A stretch of DNA of 64,000 nt from Bacillota bacterium. GTDB taxonomy: Bacteria; Planctomycetota; UBA8108; UBA1146. This document shows, in pieces, positions 1-9,663 of the stretch. The first letter of the stretch is position 1. Every line of letters begins with the position of its first letter. The stretch lies in assembly GCA_003973385.1 (NCBI GenBank), contig QNYK01000062.1, positions 81,763-145,762 of the forward strand. Direction: 5' to 3'. The notes under the pieces are model-generated. The model was not told the origin of the DNA. It searched no databases and saw only the letters and a list, made by a program, of their open reading frames with translations. The translations under genes and the position numbers were made by a program.

Positions 1-128
1 TGTTGCGTGGAGAGACAGGAGCACCAGCAAGGTGGGGAGGAGAGCGTTGTTGATTTTCACTGCACTCCCTTCGTAGGTGCCATGCTGGTTTCGATTATAC
101 TCGCGGAAAATTGCCGTTTCCGTAGAGA

Positions 129-920
129 TCAGAGACAGTCAGGGATCACACAGGAGAGCGGGCCGGTGGGGGTGGTAGCCTCGCAGACGCCGGATAGGGC
201 ACCCGGGGAGCTCAGAAACAGGTAGTTGAGGCTGGTCACGACATCCCCGAGGTCGACGCTTTCATCATCATTGGCATCCGCTGCCTCGATACAGGGCACC
301 ACATCACCCCCCTGAAATAACCATAAAGTCAGGAAGATCGGGTCGGCGAGGTCGATGGTGCCATCGGAATTGGTATCGCCGCGCAGCATCCCCTCGACGA
401 TCTCGACGCTTCCGTCGATGAGGGTCGGTTCGATGACGATGCCCGTCAACCAGGTGACCATCACGGTCGAATGGGGAGGATTACCGACGTCGTCGGTGAT
501 GGTGATGGGGGACGGCCCCAGCGGCGTCTCGGAATCGACCTGGTAGACGATGCGGTGGACCTCCCACTGCTCGCCGATGGGTAGGTGTCCACTACCGGCC
601 TGAAAGTAGACGACGCCGAGGCTGAGCCCCTCGGGGAAGATGTCGACGCTGACGAAACAGGGATCGAGTTCGATGGTGATGTCGCCGGGCTCGACCTCAA
701 GTACCAGCAGATCGGTCGGGACGTTGCGGACCGACAGGGAGTAGCCGGAGATGTCGAGAGCATTGTCGAAGAGCAGCGGAACACGTACCGTTTCACCTCG
801 GAGGGCGCCGGTCGAGACCAACTCCATGACATGGTCCGGATCCTGGCCACCGAGGGTCGTCGGCAGCAGCAGCGAGCCGAGAAGCAGGAGGCTGTGAAGC
901 AGTGCAATGAGCCAGTGCAT
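129..920 (-). CDS. Secreted protein with an N-terminal cohesin-like module and a C-terminal type-I dockerin repeat pair plus Cys-containing tail
   Basis: Hydrophobic signal peptide (MHWLIALLHSLLLLGSLLLP). The N-terminal region has a cohesin-like pattern (GETVRVPLLFDNALDISGYSLSVRNVPTDLLVLEVEPGDI). The C-terminus has two dockerin repeats (RGDTNSDGTIDLADPIFLTLWLF; DANDDESVDLGDVVTSLNYLF) followed by C..C..C. ORF 129..920 from the track. Confidence 0.6.
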   Translation of the reverse strand: MHWLIALLHSLLLLGSLLLPTTLGGQDPDHVMELVSTGALRGETVRVPLLFDNALDISGYSLSVRNVPTDLLVLEVEPGDITIELDPCFVSVDIFPEGLSLGVVYFQAGSGHLPIGEQWEVHRIVYQVDSETPLGPSPITITDDVGNPPHSTVMVTWLTGIVIEPTLIDGSVEIVEGMLRGDTNSDGTIDLADPIFLTLWLFQGGDVVPCIEAADANDDESVDLGDVVTSLNYLFLSSPGALSGVCEATTPTGPLSCVIPDCL

Positions 921-1081
921 CGCGCCATCGCCTCCTTTCCGCCAACCATCGGGCAGGCTTCATTGTACAGACCATTGGCGACAAGTTTGAGGGCCGGGTG
1001 CCGAGTTCAACGACAGAACGACTGCTTCTCAACAGCGGCCCCGGGCCGTGATATCATGGACTGTGCCGAAAGCAGGCACCG

Positions 1082-1945
1082 ATGTTCAGGTACTCTCTGC
1101 TCGTACTACTGTCGACGATATTGCCGTTGCCGCTGTCGGCTCAGGGGGATTTTTACTTCATTGCAGACGATGCGACGGTCGAGTTCCATCCGACCAATGG
1201 GATCGCCGAACTCACCCTGGATCTCTCCATCGTCGAGGATCTGCAGCTACCTGGCTTTCCTACCGCTACGCAGACCGATACCGGCTTCGTGATGGCGTTC
1301 ACCGTCGAGACGGCCCTTCTCGATGTCGTCGAGGTCGTCCCGACCGGGCCATGGGCCACGATTTGCGGACCGACCTGGGATCTTTTCATCGTGACCACCG
1401 ATCCATCTGGTTGTCCCGGGGGAGTGTCGATTGGTGTCGTCTACGGCTTACTCTGCGATGTCTTCATCACCTTCGAGAACCCGACGCCGATGGTTGCAGT
1501 GACACTGGAGGCTAACCGAACCGTGCTCACTGGAACGACTCAGCCGGTCGCCACTCCGTTGACCTGGGGTAACGTGTGCACGAGCGAGAACCAGCTCTTT
1601 TCCGCCGGTGCGGCGATCTTCCCGGCGTTCGTCGACGGCGCCATCACCTTCGTCCCAGTGGATCCGGTACCGTTTCTTCGCGGTGACTGCAACGCAGATG
1701 GCAGCATCGACATCGACGACGCTATGAGGATCCTCTCCTGGCTCTTCCTCGGTACCTCGTCATTGCCTTGCCCGCTGGCGTGCGACCTCAACGGCGATGG
1801 AGCCGCACCCAACATCGCGGATGCTGTCTACCTGTTCACCTATCTCTTCAGTGCAGGAGCGTCGCCGGCGTTGCCCTTTCCCGATTGTGGGACCGTGGTG
1901 GGGACCACGCCTGCCGACTGTCCTGGTTTCGGGGTTTGCCCCTGA
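1082..1945 (+). CDS. Secreted protein with a C-terminal type-I dockerin pair and Cys tail, paralogous in architecture to the 129..920 product and divergently transcribed from it
   Basis: Signal peptide (MFRYSLLVLLSTILPLPLSAQG). Cohesin-like segment (GFVMAFTVETALLDVVEVVPTG). Dockerin repeats (RGDCNADGSIDIDDAMRILSWLF; DLNGDGAAPNIADAVYLFTYLF). Tail motif PFPDCG..C..C. Confidence 0.6.
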   Translation: MFRYSLLVLLSTILPLPLSAQGDFYFIADDATVEFHPTNGIAELTLDLSIVEDLQLPGFPTATQTDTGFVMAFTVETALLDVVEVVPTGPWATICGPTWDLFIVTTDPSGCPGGVSIGVVYGLLCDVFITFENPTPMVAVTLEANRTVLTGTTQPVATPLTWGNVCTSENQLFSAGAAIFPAFVDGAITFVPVDPVPFLRGDCNADGSIDIDDAMRILSWLFLGTSSLPCPLACDLNGDGAAPNIADAVYLFTYLFSAGASPALPFPDCGTVVGTTPADCPGFGVCP

Positions 1946-2089
1946 TGAGAAAGATGATGGCGGCGGCTCAGCGGCAGCCCCGAGTGGCCCATCGGTGCAT
2001 CCAGACGGAGCGGGCCTGTTCAAATTCTCCCATAATGTACCTTATCGGACCGCTACGTTTATCACCCCCTACGACGAGATGGTGCCGTT

Positions 2090-3556
2090 TCAGCGCTGTA
2101 AGGCGCCAGGATCGTGCTGCAAACCCCACTCTCGACAGCAACGCCTCGTCAGTTCCCGCGACTGCTCCCGGGAGACATCGATTCGATGCAACAGCTTCGC
2201 CTGGCACCTCGCCTGTTCGCTGAAGAAGTCCCATCCGTCGATCTTGTGGCGAGCGTCCAGCTGCTGGAGGAAGGCACTTCGGTAGCGTCGATACCCCAGT
2301 TCCATCAGCACTTGACCTGAAAACTGACTCGGATCCCAGCACAGCTCGTCGAACGGATTCCCGGCCGAGTCGGTGGCGTTGATCAGCACATCCGCCGCGG
2401 CGATGGTTGCGCCTTCATCAGCGGCTCTGTACTGCTCAGGAACCTGTGCAGGGTCCAGCGCCAGCATCTGAACCTTCATACGCCCGGAGAGTGCTGCGGC
2501 CACCACCTGTGCTGTGGCACCATTTCCCAGTATGACGGCTACCGATCCCGGTCTACTGATCGGCTCGAGCAGATTCGCAGCAGCGATGCCATCGGTACTG
2601 GTGCCGTACCAGCGCCCGGAGTCGTACCGGATCAGAGTATTCCACGACGGCATCATGGAAGCTTGCTGGTCGATCGGTTCAGCCACCTGCCGTGCCCATA
2701 TCTCGTAGGGAGAGGTGACGATCAGACCCTCGAACTGTAGCTGCGGGTCCGTCTGCAGAAAGAGGTCCGGCTTCAGCGTCGAATATTGAACCAGACGATC
2801 GGTACAACCTGAATCGTCCAGCAATCGATTATGCCAGTCAGGAGCTGGACTCTCCTGTACCTCCGCCCCGAGCGCCGCAAACCATCTTCGCTGCGAAACA
2901 CGATCGCAGGTACGATAACGCTGACGGATGTCTTCGATGGTCGGTACATTCAGGATCACATCGGTCTCATCGTCTGCTGGCCGCACGTAACCCCACGGCT
3001 GACCGTCGTCCAGCGCAACCAGTCGATCCACTACAGATGCAGCGCCTGAACAGAAACTGATCACCGGGAAATCAGGGAATCCTTTTGCCACTGCGATGGC
3101 CGCTCGGCTCTGAGCCAGATCATCCGATGAGAAGACGATCTTCGCTGCGGCGGCTCCGCGTCGCTGCGCCTGCATCACCAGTTGCTCGGGGGGGATCTCC
3201 AGCTGCTCCGTGCGATGGCTACTGAAGATCCAATCGAGGTCGGGAGGTGGCGGCGCATCAGTGAGTGGATCCACATCGAGAATCGCTCCCAGACTCCTGC
3301 AGATTTCATCCCTGCGCACACTTCGAATCGCATCCCCGAGTCCCCCTCTGTCGGTGACGATGACCGATAAATCGCCAGGTAGGGCTGTCATAGACCGATC
3401 TGGGCGCCAGAGATCGAGCCGAAACTCGACACCACCGATCCCTGGATCGAGTTGCTGTAGTCGGCCCAACGCCTGCCAGGACTCTCTTCTGGTGATCACC
3501 ATGACCCGGTCTGCAGGTAATTGCATGGATGACTCCAAAAGGTGACCGACAAGCAC
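2090..3556 (-). CDS. Bifunctional 3-dehydroquinate dehydratase (type I) / shikimate 5-dehydrogenase-like protein
   Basis: N-terminal DHQase-I-like motif (GVEFRLDLW). C-terminal Rossmann motif GSVAVILGNGATAQVVAAAL and LINATD resemble the AroE NADP-binding domain. The fusion architecture is inferred, not searched. Confidence 0.55.
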   Translation of the reverse strand: MLVGHLLESSMQLPADRVMVITRRESWQALGRLQQLDPGIGGVEFRLDLWRPDRSMTALPGDLSVIVTDRGGLGDAIRSVRRDEICRSLGAILDVDPLTDAPPPPDLDWIFSSHRTEQLEIPPEQLVMQAQRRGAAAAKIVFSSDDLAQSRAAIAVAKGFPDFPVISFCSGAASVVDRLVALDDGQPWGYVRPADDETDVILNVPTIEDIRQRYRTCDRVSQRRWFAALGAEVQESPAPDWHNRLLDDSGCTDRLVQYSTLKPDLFLQTDPQLQFEGLIVTSPYEIWARQVAEPIDQQASMMPSWNTLIRYDSGRWYGTSTDGIAAANLLEPISRPGSVAVILGNGATAQVVAAALSGRMKVQMLALDPAQVPEQYRAADEGATIAAADVLINATDSAGNPFDELCWDPSQFSGQVLMELGYRRYRSAFLQQLDARHKIDGWDFFSEQARCQAKLLHRIDVSREQSRELTRRCCREWGLQHDPGALQR

Positions 3557-3559
3557 TGG

Positions 3560-3942
3560 AACAGAAACGCTGGGAGGGTATCATCTGGATTGTTCGGAGG
3601 GCAGAAGTCCTCTTCGTGGTGGAATCTCTTCTCGGTCCGACAGGATTCGATGAACCGGAGATCTCACCTGATCCAACTTCCTCGCTCTGAACTCAATCCC
3701 TCAGTTCACGGAAATCTGGTACCTCAGTTCTTTACCAGTAGATGCGCTGCAGGGCTCCAATCGATCCAGATCACTGGTTTGACAGCAGTATCCAGGCCAG
3801 TAGTGATCCTGATCCAGACAACTTGCTGTTGAGTACCGGCCGTGACAACGGAGCCCTCGAAGTACTGGCAACTATTTGCGCAAATTTGCAAGGACAGAAG
3901 AATACACATCATAGGAGTGGCCACGGTTGATCCCATCGGGGG
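3560..3942 (+). promoter_or_regulatory. Long, relatively low-GC 5' leader/promoter region upstream of rho; also serves divergent aroD/E
   Basis: About 380 bp non-coding between the divergent starts at 3556(-) and 3943(+). rho genes are classically autoregulated through long C-rich leaders. No specific motif was identified. Confidence 0.3.
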
Positions 3943-5328
3943 GTGAACGGGCCTTCAGCATCTCAAGGAGAAGAAGTGAACCAGGACAGTTCGGCCGGAA
4001 ATTCTGGTGGATCTGGCCGCCGACGGCGGAGCAACCGAGGTGGACGATCGCGCACCTCGACCGCCCGAAGTGCAGCTGGGAACGGCAATGGATCTGGCCG
4101 CGGTCGCGGGCGCAGATCCGGTGGTCCGCGGCGTGGACAGGGTCGGGATCGGCGAGATGACGCCAGGGACCAGGGCCAATTCGATCGCAGGAGCGCAGCC
4201 TCCTCCGCTCCCCCACTGCCTGAGGGAACCGTAGTTCGAGGAATTCTCGAGGTGGGGAATCAGGGCTTTGGATTCCTGCGCTCGGTGGAGAAGTCATTCA
4301 GAATCCAGCAGGACGATGTCCATGTCGGCAAGAATCTTGTCCAGAAGTTCCAGTTAAACAGCGGACATTACATCGTGGGGACGGTGGGTGGCAGGGCACC
4401 GCGAGGCCGCGGCCCCAGCCTCGCCAGGATTGAGTCGGTAGACGGTGACGCCCCGGAAGATGTCAAGAGTCGTATTTTCTACAAGGAGATGACCAGTATC
4501 GATCCTACCGAACGATTCTTGCTCGGAGGAACCGGCAACATTTCGATGCGCCTTGTCGATCTGATTGCTCCGATCGGTAAGGGGCAAAGAGCGCTGATCG
4601 TCGCCCCCCCTCGTACCGGTAAAACGATCTTGTTGCAGCAGATAGCTCAGGCCATCACGGAGGTTCACCCCGATTCGATGGTGCTGGCATTGCTGGTGGA
4701 TGAGCGACCCGAGGAAGTGACGGACTGGAAACGAACGGTCAAAGCTGAGGTTTATGCTTCCTCGAGTGACGAGACCTCCAAATGTCATGTCAGGGTCTCC
4801 GAGATGGCGCTTCAACGATGTCAGCGGTTGCTGGAGGCGAAGTGCGATGTGGTGCTCCTGCTCGATTCACTGACGCGACTGGGGCGAGCTTACAACCTGG
4901 AAACAGCACATAGTGGACGTACCCTCTCCGGAGGTGTCGATGCGAAAACGCTTGAAAAACCGAAGGCGATTTTCGGGGCAGCCAGAAATGTCGAGGGGGG
5001 CGGCAGCCTTACCATCGTCGCAACAGCGCTGATCGAGACCGGAAGTCGCATGGACGAGGTGATCTTCGAGGAGTTCAAGGGAACCGGAAACATGGAACTG
5101 GTCCTTTCCAGAAAACTGGCTGACCAGAGGGTGTTCCCTGCCATCGATGTCACCCTGTCAGGAACGCGCAAGGAAGAAAAGCTCTATACGCCCGAAGAGA
5201 TCGATCAGATCTGGAAACTGAGAAGAGTACTGACCAGTGTCAATCCCATCGAGGGAATGGAACTCCTCACTCAGCGCGTTGGAGCCTTCGAGGACAATGA
5301 GGAGTTCCTGCTGTCTCTGGGGAGTTGA
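3943..5328 (+). CDS. rho: Transcription termination factor Rho, with an N-terminal RG-rich low-complexity extension (GTG start)
   Basis: OB-fold RNA-binding motif ([14 protein letters not shown]). Walker [22 protein letters not shown]. Rho-characteristic Q/R-loop region and C-terminal [17 protein letters not shown]. The first ~100 aa are rich in Arg/Gly/Ser ([34 protein letters not shown]). Confidence 0.9.
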   Translation: MNGPSASQGEEVNQDSSAGNSGGSGRRRRSNRGGRSRTSTARSAAGNGNGSGRGRGRRSGGPRRGQGRDRRDDARDQGQFDRRSAASSAPPLPEGTVVRGILEVGNQGFGFLRSVEKSFRIQQDDVHVGKNLVQKFQLNSGHYIVGTVGGRAPRGRGPSLARIESVDGDAPEDVKSRIFYKEMTSIDPTERFLLGGTGNISMRLVDLIAPIGKGQRALIVAPPRTGKTILLQQIAQAITEVHPDSMVLALLVDERPEEVTDWKRTVKAEVYASSSDETSKCHVRVSEMALQRCQRLLEAKCDVVLLLDSLTRLGRAYNLETAHSGRTLSGGVDAKTLEKPKAIFGAARNVEGGGSLTIVATALIETGSRMDEVIFEEFKGTGNMELVLSRKLADQRVFPAIDVTLSGTRKEEKLYTPEEIDQIWKLRRVLTSVNPIEGMELLTQRVGAFEDNEEFLLSLGS

Positions 5329-6148
5329 TCAGGGCGCTCTTTCCAAAATCCATCAACCTTGGATCGATCAGGTCTTCATCGACCCCGAAGGTCCCCACAC
5401 GTGCACGCGGAGTTTCGCAATGGAGATCGGAGCCGCCACAACTGCCCAGGTTGTGATCCTCGGCGAACGCTCTGGCGGCTGCGCGGTTTTTCGGACTCGA
5501 ATTCCGCGACAGACATTCGACTCCATCGAGACCCGCACTGGCGAGTGCCCTGCCCACTTGCTTGAGTTGTACTGCCGCTGGATGGGCCCAGAAAACCAAC
5601 CCCGAGAACTGATGGACACGCCGAATGGCATCGGTGGCTTCCAGACGAGGCCTGGCGAAGCGTTCCGCGCCGAGCCAGCGCTTGTACAGTGGCCTGGTCG
5701 TGGCCGCGAGCCCGCCTCTGACCAGTGCCCTGGCGACATGAGATCGACAGGGGACTCCCCCCTGCAGTTCTTGCTCCAGGTCGGCGATGGCGAGCGGAAT
5801 CCCGTCCTCACGCAGCCGCGTCACTCCAGCCATGACCCTCTCTCTGCGATCCGTTTCCAGTGTCAGAATCCAATCCCGGATGTCAGTGTCGAGCCCCTCG
5901 GGGAAATAGGCGAGCAGGTGGAGATTGTGATTTTCTGCACGACATGTCATCTCGACTCCGGCGAGAACTCGAAGACCATCTGGCACCACCAGAGCCTCAT
6001 AGGCCGCCACCGTGTCGTGATCACAGATGGAGATACAGGAGAGAACGCCGCAGGCTCGAGCCACGACTTCTGCCGGTGAGAGCATTCCATCACTACAGCG
6101 GGTGTGGAGATGGAGGTCGACACGCGAAGGACGGTTCAAGTGGAGCAC
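5267..6148 (-). CDS. PHP-domain metal-dependent phosphoesterase (TrpH/YciV-like)
   Basis: N-terminal DLHLHTRCSDG PHP signature and later ICDHD and GGSDLH motifs. Overlaps the gltX stop by 13 nt. Confidence 0.7.
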   Translation of the reverse strand: MLHLNRPSRVDLHLHTRCSDGMLSPAEVVARACGVLSCISICDHDTVAAYEALVVPDGLRVLAGVEMTCRAENHNLHLLAYFPEGLDTDIRDWILTLETDRRERVMAGVTRLREDGIPLAIADLEQELQGGVPCRSHVARALVRGGLAATTRPLYKRWLGAERFARPRLEATDAIRRVHQFSGLVFWAHPAAVQLKQVGRALASAGLDGVECLSRNSSPKNRAAARAFAEDHNLGSCGGSDLHCETPRARVGTFGVDEDLIDPRLMDFGKSALINSPETAGTPHCPRRLQRAE

Positions 6149-7593
6149 TCCAGGATCGCGATGGCCCGATCGATCCTATCGATCACGTTGTCTCTTCCCA
6201 GCACCATCATCACCTCGATCAGGTCAGGGGAATCACTACGAGAGGTCAATGCGAATCTCAAGGGCATGAAGAGCAACGGCTTCTTCCATTGCTTCTCGGC
6301 GAGCATTGCATCGAGCGCTTCGTTGACGGCCTCTGCTTGAAATGGAAGATCGGATTTCAACAGCGCGGAGGTGGCCTGAAGCGCTTCCAGCGATTGCTCG
6401 GGGCTTCCCTTGCGAGGCACCAGATCTTCTGGCGTTGGAGGCTCTGGAAGATTGAAAAACCAGGTTGTTCTTGGCTCGAATTCCGCCAGCCGAACCATTC
6501 GCTCGACCACCAGTGGCAGCACCGCAGCTGCCTGCTGTGGAGATACCCCTTGCGGGAGGAACCCTTCCTCGTCGATTCGTTGCAGCAACTGGTCGGGGTC
6601 CATCTTGCGAATGTGCATCCCGTTGAGCCAGTCCAGTTTGACCAGATCAAAGACCGGGGCTCCGGTGGAGATCTTCTCGATGTTGAACTCTTGCTGAAAT
6701 CGATCGAGGTCAAAGACCTCTTGCCCATCGGGGGGTGACCACCCCATCAGCGCGAGGAAATTGAGAATCGCCTCCTTCAGGTAACCCTGCTCACGGAACC
6801 AGTCGAGACTGACCGGATTCTTGCGCTTGGAGATCTTAGAATGATCTGCATTTCGCAGCAGCGGCACGTGGAAAAACCCGGGTAATGGGTGCTCCAGAGC
6901 CTGGTAGATCAACACGTGCTTGGGAGTCGAGATCAGCCACTCCTCCGCCCGAATCACGTGAGTGATTCCGAACTCGATATCATCGACCACATTGGCCAGG
7001 TGGTAGGTGGGGAAGCCATCGGTCTTGATCAGCACCTGGTCATCGATTTCGCAGTTGGCGATTCGAATTTCCCCACGAATCTGGTCGACAAAGCAGGTCT
7101 CCCCCTCCACCGGGACTCGCAAGCGGATGACATGGGGCTCCTCTTTGGCGGCTCGCTGGCTGGACTCCACAGCATCCAGATCACGACAGGTACCCGGGTA
7201 GCCGAGCCGCAGCTTGTCCTGCTTCTGCTTTTCTCTCACCTCGGCAAGGGTTTCTGCGCTGCAGAAGCAACGGTAGGCGTTGCCGCTCTCCAGCAGGTGG
7301 TCGACCTTCTGCTGGTAGATGGCGTTGCGCTCACTCTGGCGATAGGGAGCACAGGGGCCACCAAGGTCAGGCCCTTCATCCCAGTCGAGACCGAGCCACC
7401 GCAATGCGTCGAAGATTTTCTGCTCGCTACTGGCCTGGTAGCGGCTGCGATCGGTGTCATCGATGCGCAGCAGGAATTGGCCCCCGGTCTGACGTGCCAG
7501 AGTGCGGTTGAACAGTGCCACATAGGCAGTTCCCACATGAGGATCACCGGTGGGGCTGGGTGCGATTCTCACACGTGCCGGAGTCGAACTCAT
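6136..7593 (-). CDS. gltX: Glutamate--tRNA ligase
   Basis: Class I HIGH motif (PSPTGDPHVGTA), KMSKS variant (KISKRK), overall GluRS layout. 4-nt ATGA overlap with ribE. Confidence 0.9.
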   Translation of the reverse strand: MSSTPARVRIAPSPTGDPHVGTAYVALFNRTLARQTGGQFLLRIDDTDRSRYQASSEQKIFDALRWLGLDWDEGPDLGGPCAPYRQSERNAIYQQKVDHLLESGNAYRCFCSAETLAEVREKQKQDKLRLGYPGTCRDLDAVESSQRAAKEEPHVIRLRVPVEGETCFVDQIRGEIRIANCEIDDQVLIKTDGFPTYHLANVVDDIEFGITHVIRAEEWLISTPKHVLIYQALEHPLPGFFHVPLLRNADHSKISKRKNPVSLDWFREQGYLKEAILNFLALMGWSPPDGQEVFDLDRFQQEFNIEKISTGAPVFDLVKLDWLNGMHIRKMDPDQLLQRIDEEGFLPQGVSPQQAAAVLPLVVERMVRLAEFEPRTTWFFNLPEPPTPEDLVPRKGSPEQSLEALQATSALLKSDLPFQAEAVNEALDAMLAEKQWKKPLLFMPLRFALTSRSDSPDLIEVMMVLGRDNVIDRIDRAIAILECST

Positions 7594-8216
7594 GAGAGTT
7601 CTCCTTGCTGAAGCGACATCAATTCTGCAACCCAGCGGCCGAAGTGGTCCATCTCCAGGTTGATCGAATCTCCCACCGAGCGGCTACCGAGCGATGTGAC
7701 AGCCAGAGTGTGAGGAATCAGTGCCACGGAAAAGCAGCCGACAGATCTGGAAACGACGGTCAGACTGACTCCGTCGACGGTCACGGCGCCCTTCTCGATG
7801 GTTCGAAAGTCCGAGTCAGGTTCATACTCGATGACCCAGAGGGTTTCACCGCTGCCCTCGATCGATCGGATGGTCCCGATGGTATCGACATGGCCGGTGA
7901 CGTAGTGGCCACCGAGACGATCTCCCACCCGCAGTGCTCGCTCGAGATTGACCGGGGATCCGGCCGCACGTTCACCGAGAACCGAGCGTCGCAGGGTCTC
8001 CTCGACCACATCGAAACAGAGATCGCCATCGCCGCACAGGAGAGTCAAGCAGACCCCATCTACGCTGATGCTCTCCCCGGCTTCCAGGTCCGTCCAGGGT
8101 TCTAGTTCGCCGTCGATGGAGGACAATGCCCTGGGAGAGACGCTGAGGCGAACCCCTGAGGCGTTTGTGGCTATTTCCACGATACGGGCACTGCGTTCGA
8201 CGATGCCAGTGAACAA
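7590..8216 (-). CDS. ribE: Riboflavin synthase alpha subunit
   Basis: Canonical MFTGIVE N-terminus and duplicated lumazine-binding halves (GESISVDGVCLT / GAVTVDGVSLT). Confidence 0.9.
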   Translation of the reverse strand: MFTGIVERSARIVEIATNASGVRLSVSPRALSSIDGELEPWTDLEAGESISVDGVCLTLLCGDGDLCFDVVEETLRRSVLGERAAGSPVNLERALRVGDRLGGHYVTGHVDTIGTIRSIEGSGETLWVIEYEPDSDFRTIEKGAVTVDGVSLTVVSRSVGCFSVALIPHTLAVTSLGSRSVGDSINLEMDHFGRWVAELMSLQQGELS

Positions 8217-8411
8217 GGGGCCTCCTGCCTCGAGCGGATGCTACGGTAGCAACGGGTTTGTCGCCACCGAACCGGGGCCGGGGTGCCTGCTCCCGGTGTC
8301 AGTGGCTTTCATCGGCCCAGAAGCGTGTTTCAGGGGAACTTGACCCCCCCTCACAAGCCAGATAATATGTGTCACTTGGAATCGAACCTATCGATGTCGG
8401 GTGACGGGACT

Positions 8412-8486
8412 CTGCGTGCAGTGGATCTGCGTGCAGTGGATCTGCGTGCAGTGGATCTGCGTGCAGTGGATCTGCGTGCAGTGGAG
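8412..8486. repeat. Intergenic perfect tandem direct repeat, 5 x 15 bp (CTGCGTGCAGTGGAT); last unit ends ..GGAG
   Basis: Read directly: ctgcgtgcagtggat repeated head-to-tail five times. Each unit contains the near-palindrome CTGCgtGCAG. It lies in the ~580-bp divergent region between ribE (start 8216, -) and the 8800(+) gene. Confidence 0.9.
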
Positions 8487-8799
8487 CCGTCGACGACCCC
8501 CTCTCTCCCGGAGGAGGTCAGACCTCGAGCGGGACGATTTCCTGAGCAGGGCGACAACTTCCCTGCTTCGTTCTGGAGAACCTTGTGGTCCATGTGTGGT
8601 CAACCATGAGGGACTCATCAATCATAAGGAGTTTCGATTCGGTCGCATCGTGATGGTCGCATGACCATCCATCGTCCCGGGGAGACGGGCCAGTGACCGA
8701 GGAGATGATGCACGGGTCGGCGGCAAGACCGCTGCTCCAGCGAGTACTCTGAACTGTCTTCGGAGCGCTGGGGATCAACCCAAACGGAAGGAACTGGAG

Positions 8800-9651
8800 A
8801 TGAGTGGGCTCGCCAAGTTTTTCGTGGTGATCAATTTCGTCCTGGCACTTCTTTTCCTCGGTGTCAGTGCAACGCTGTTCCAGTCTCAGAAGGACTGGAA
8901 AGGTGCTGCCGAAACAGCCGTGGAGAATGCAGAAGAGACGGTCGCCATGGCGGAGAAGATGAAGGAAACGCTGCAAGGCGTCGTGGATGAGAAGAGCAGG
9001 AATAACGAATCCCTGACGAGAGAAAAGGAACAACTGAGTTCCTCGATCTTGACCCTCCAGAACTCCAATGGAGATCTGCGAAAGAGCGTCGCCCAGCTGG
9101 GCACCAAGATCGATGATCTGGATTCCCGGATAGCCCAGAAAGATGAGCATATCCAGGACAAGGACTCCAACATCGCACGCCTCGAGGAAGAAATCTCTCG
9201 GCTGAGTACGGAGATCGACTCTGCGGGTGACGCCAAGAAACTGGCGGAACGGCTGCGCAACCGCGCGTTACTCGACAAGGAGCAACTGGCTCAGCAGACG
9301 GAAGCCCTCAACAAGGAACTCACCGCACTCAAGGAAGACTATGATGACCAGCAGTTGCTGATCTCCAGGATCGTGGACTCCGGCATCCGGCTTCCCGATA
9401 TCGGTGTCACCACCGCCCCACCCATCGACGGCATGGTCGTCGGTGTTCAGGAGGGGGTTGTGGTGCTCTCCGTCGGAAAAGATGACAACGTTGAGATCGG
9501 CTATGAGTTCACCATCTACGACGGCAACCGATTCATCGGAAAAGTCCAGGTGACCAAGGTCCTCGACGATATGTCCGGCTGCACCATCCTGTTCCAGGAG
9601 GATTCCGGTATTCGTGAGGGTCACAAAGCCTCGACACGGCTGTCCAGCTAG
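8800..9651 (+). CDS. Membrane-anchored coiled-coil protein with a C-terminal beta-rich domain (hypothetical)
   Basis: N-terminal TM helix (FFVVINFVLALLFLGVSATLF). About 170 aa of heptad-like charged sequence (EEISRLSTEIDSAGDAKKLAERLRN...). C-terminal domain GMVVGVQEGVVVLSVGKDDNVEIGYEFTIYDG. Confidence 0.6.
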   Translation: MSGLAKFFVVINFVLALLFLGVSATLFQSQKDWKGAAETAVENAEETVAMAEKMKETLQGVVDEKSRNNESLTREKEQLSSSILTLQNSNGDLRKSVAQLGTKIDDLDSRIAQKDEHIQDKDSNIARLEEEISRLSTEIDSAGDAKKLAERLRNRALLDKEQLAQQTEALNKELTALKEDYDDQQLLISRIVDSGIRLPDIGVTTAPPIDGMVVGVQEGVVVLSVGKDDNVEIGYEFTIYDGNRFIGKVQVTKVLDDMSGCTILFQEDSGIREGHKASTRLSS

Positions 9652-9663
9652 AAGGGGATTCAA

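Noticed and set aside
355-1292. ORFs 355..546(+), 461..949(-) and 585..1292(+), overlapping or antisense to the dockerin protein gene at 129..920
   Set aside because: Low-complexity Ser/Pro/Arg-rich translations typical of off-frame reading of high-GC coding DNA. The sense frame has a coherent signal peptide and domains.
8412-8486. Possible CRISPR array
   Set aside because: The units are directly abutting 15-mers with no spacers and no nearby cas genes, so this is a simple tandem repeat.
8283-8664. Short ORFs translating the 15-bp repeat as LRAVD x5 (8283..8609 +) or STARR x5 (8372..8593 -)
   Set aside because: They lie in an otherwise non-coding divergent promoter region with no start context or homology. 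The repeat is more plausibly a DNA-level element. Retained as a finding rather than as a CDS.
8518-9278. Minus-strand ORFs 8518..9150, 8864..9178 and 8886..9278, overlapping the coiled-coil protein gene
   Set aside because: Overlap with a sense ORF that has a clear TM helix and heptad structure. The minus-strand products are Ser/Arg/Leu-rich low-complexity.
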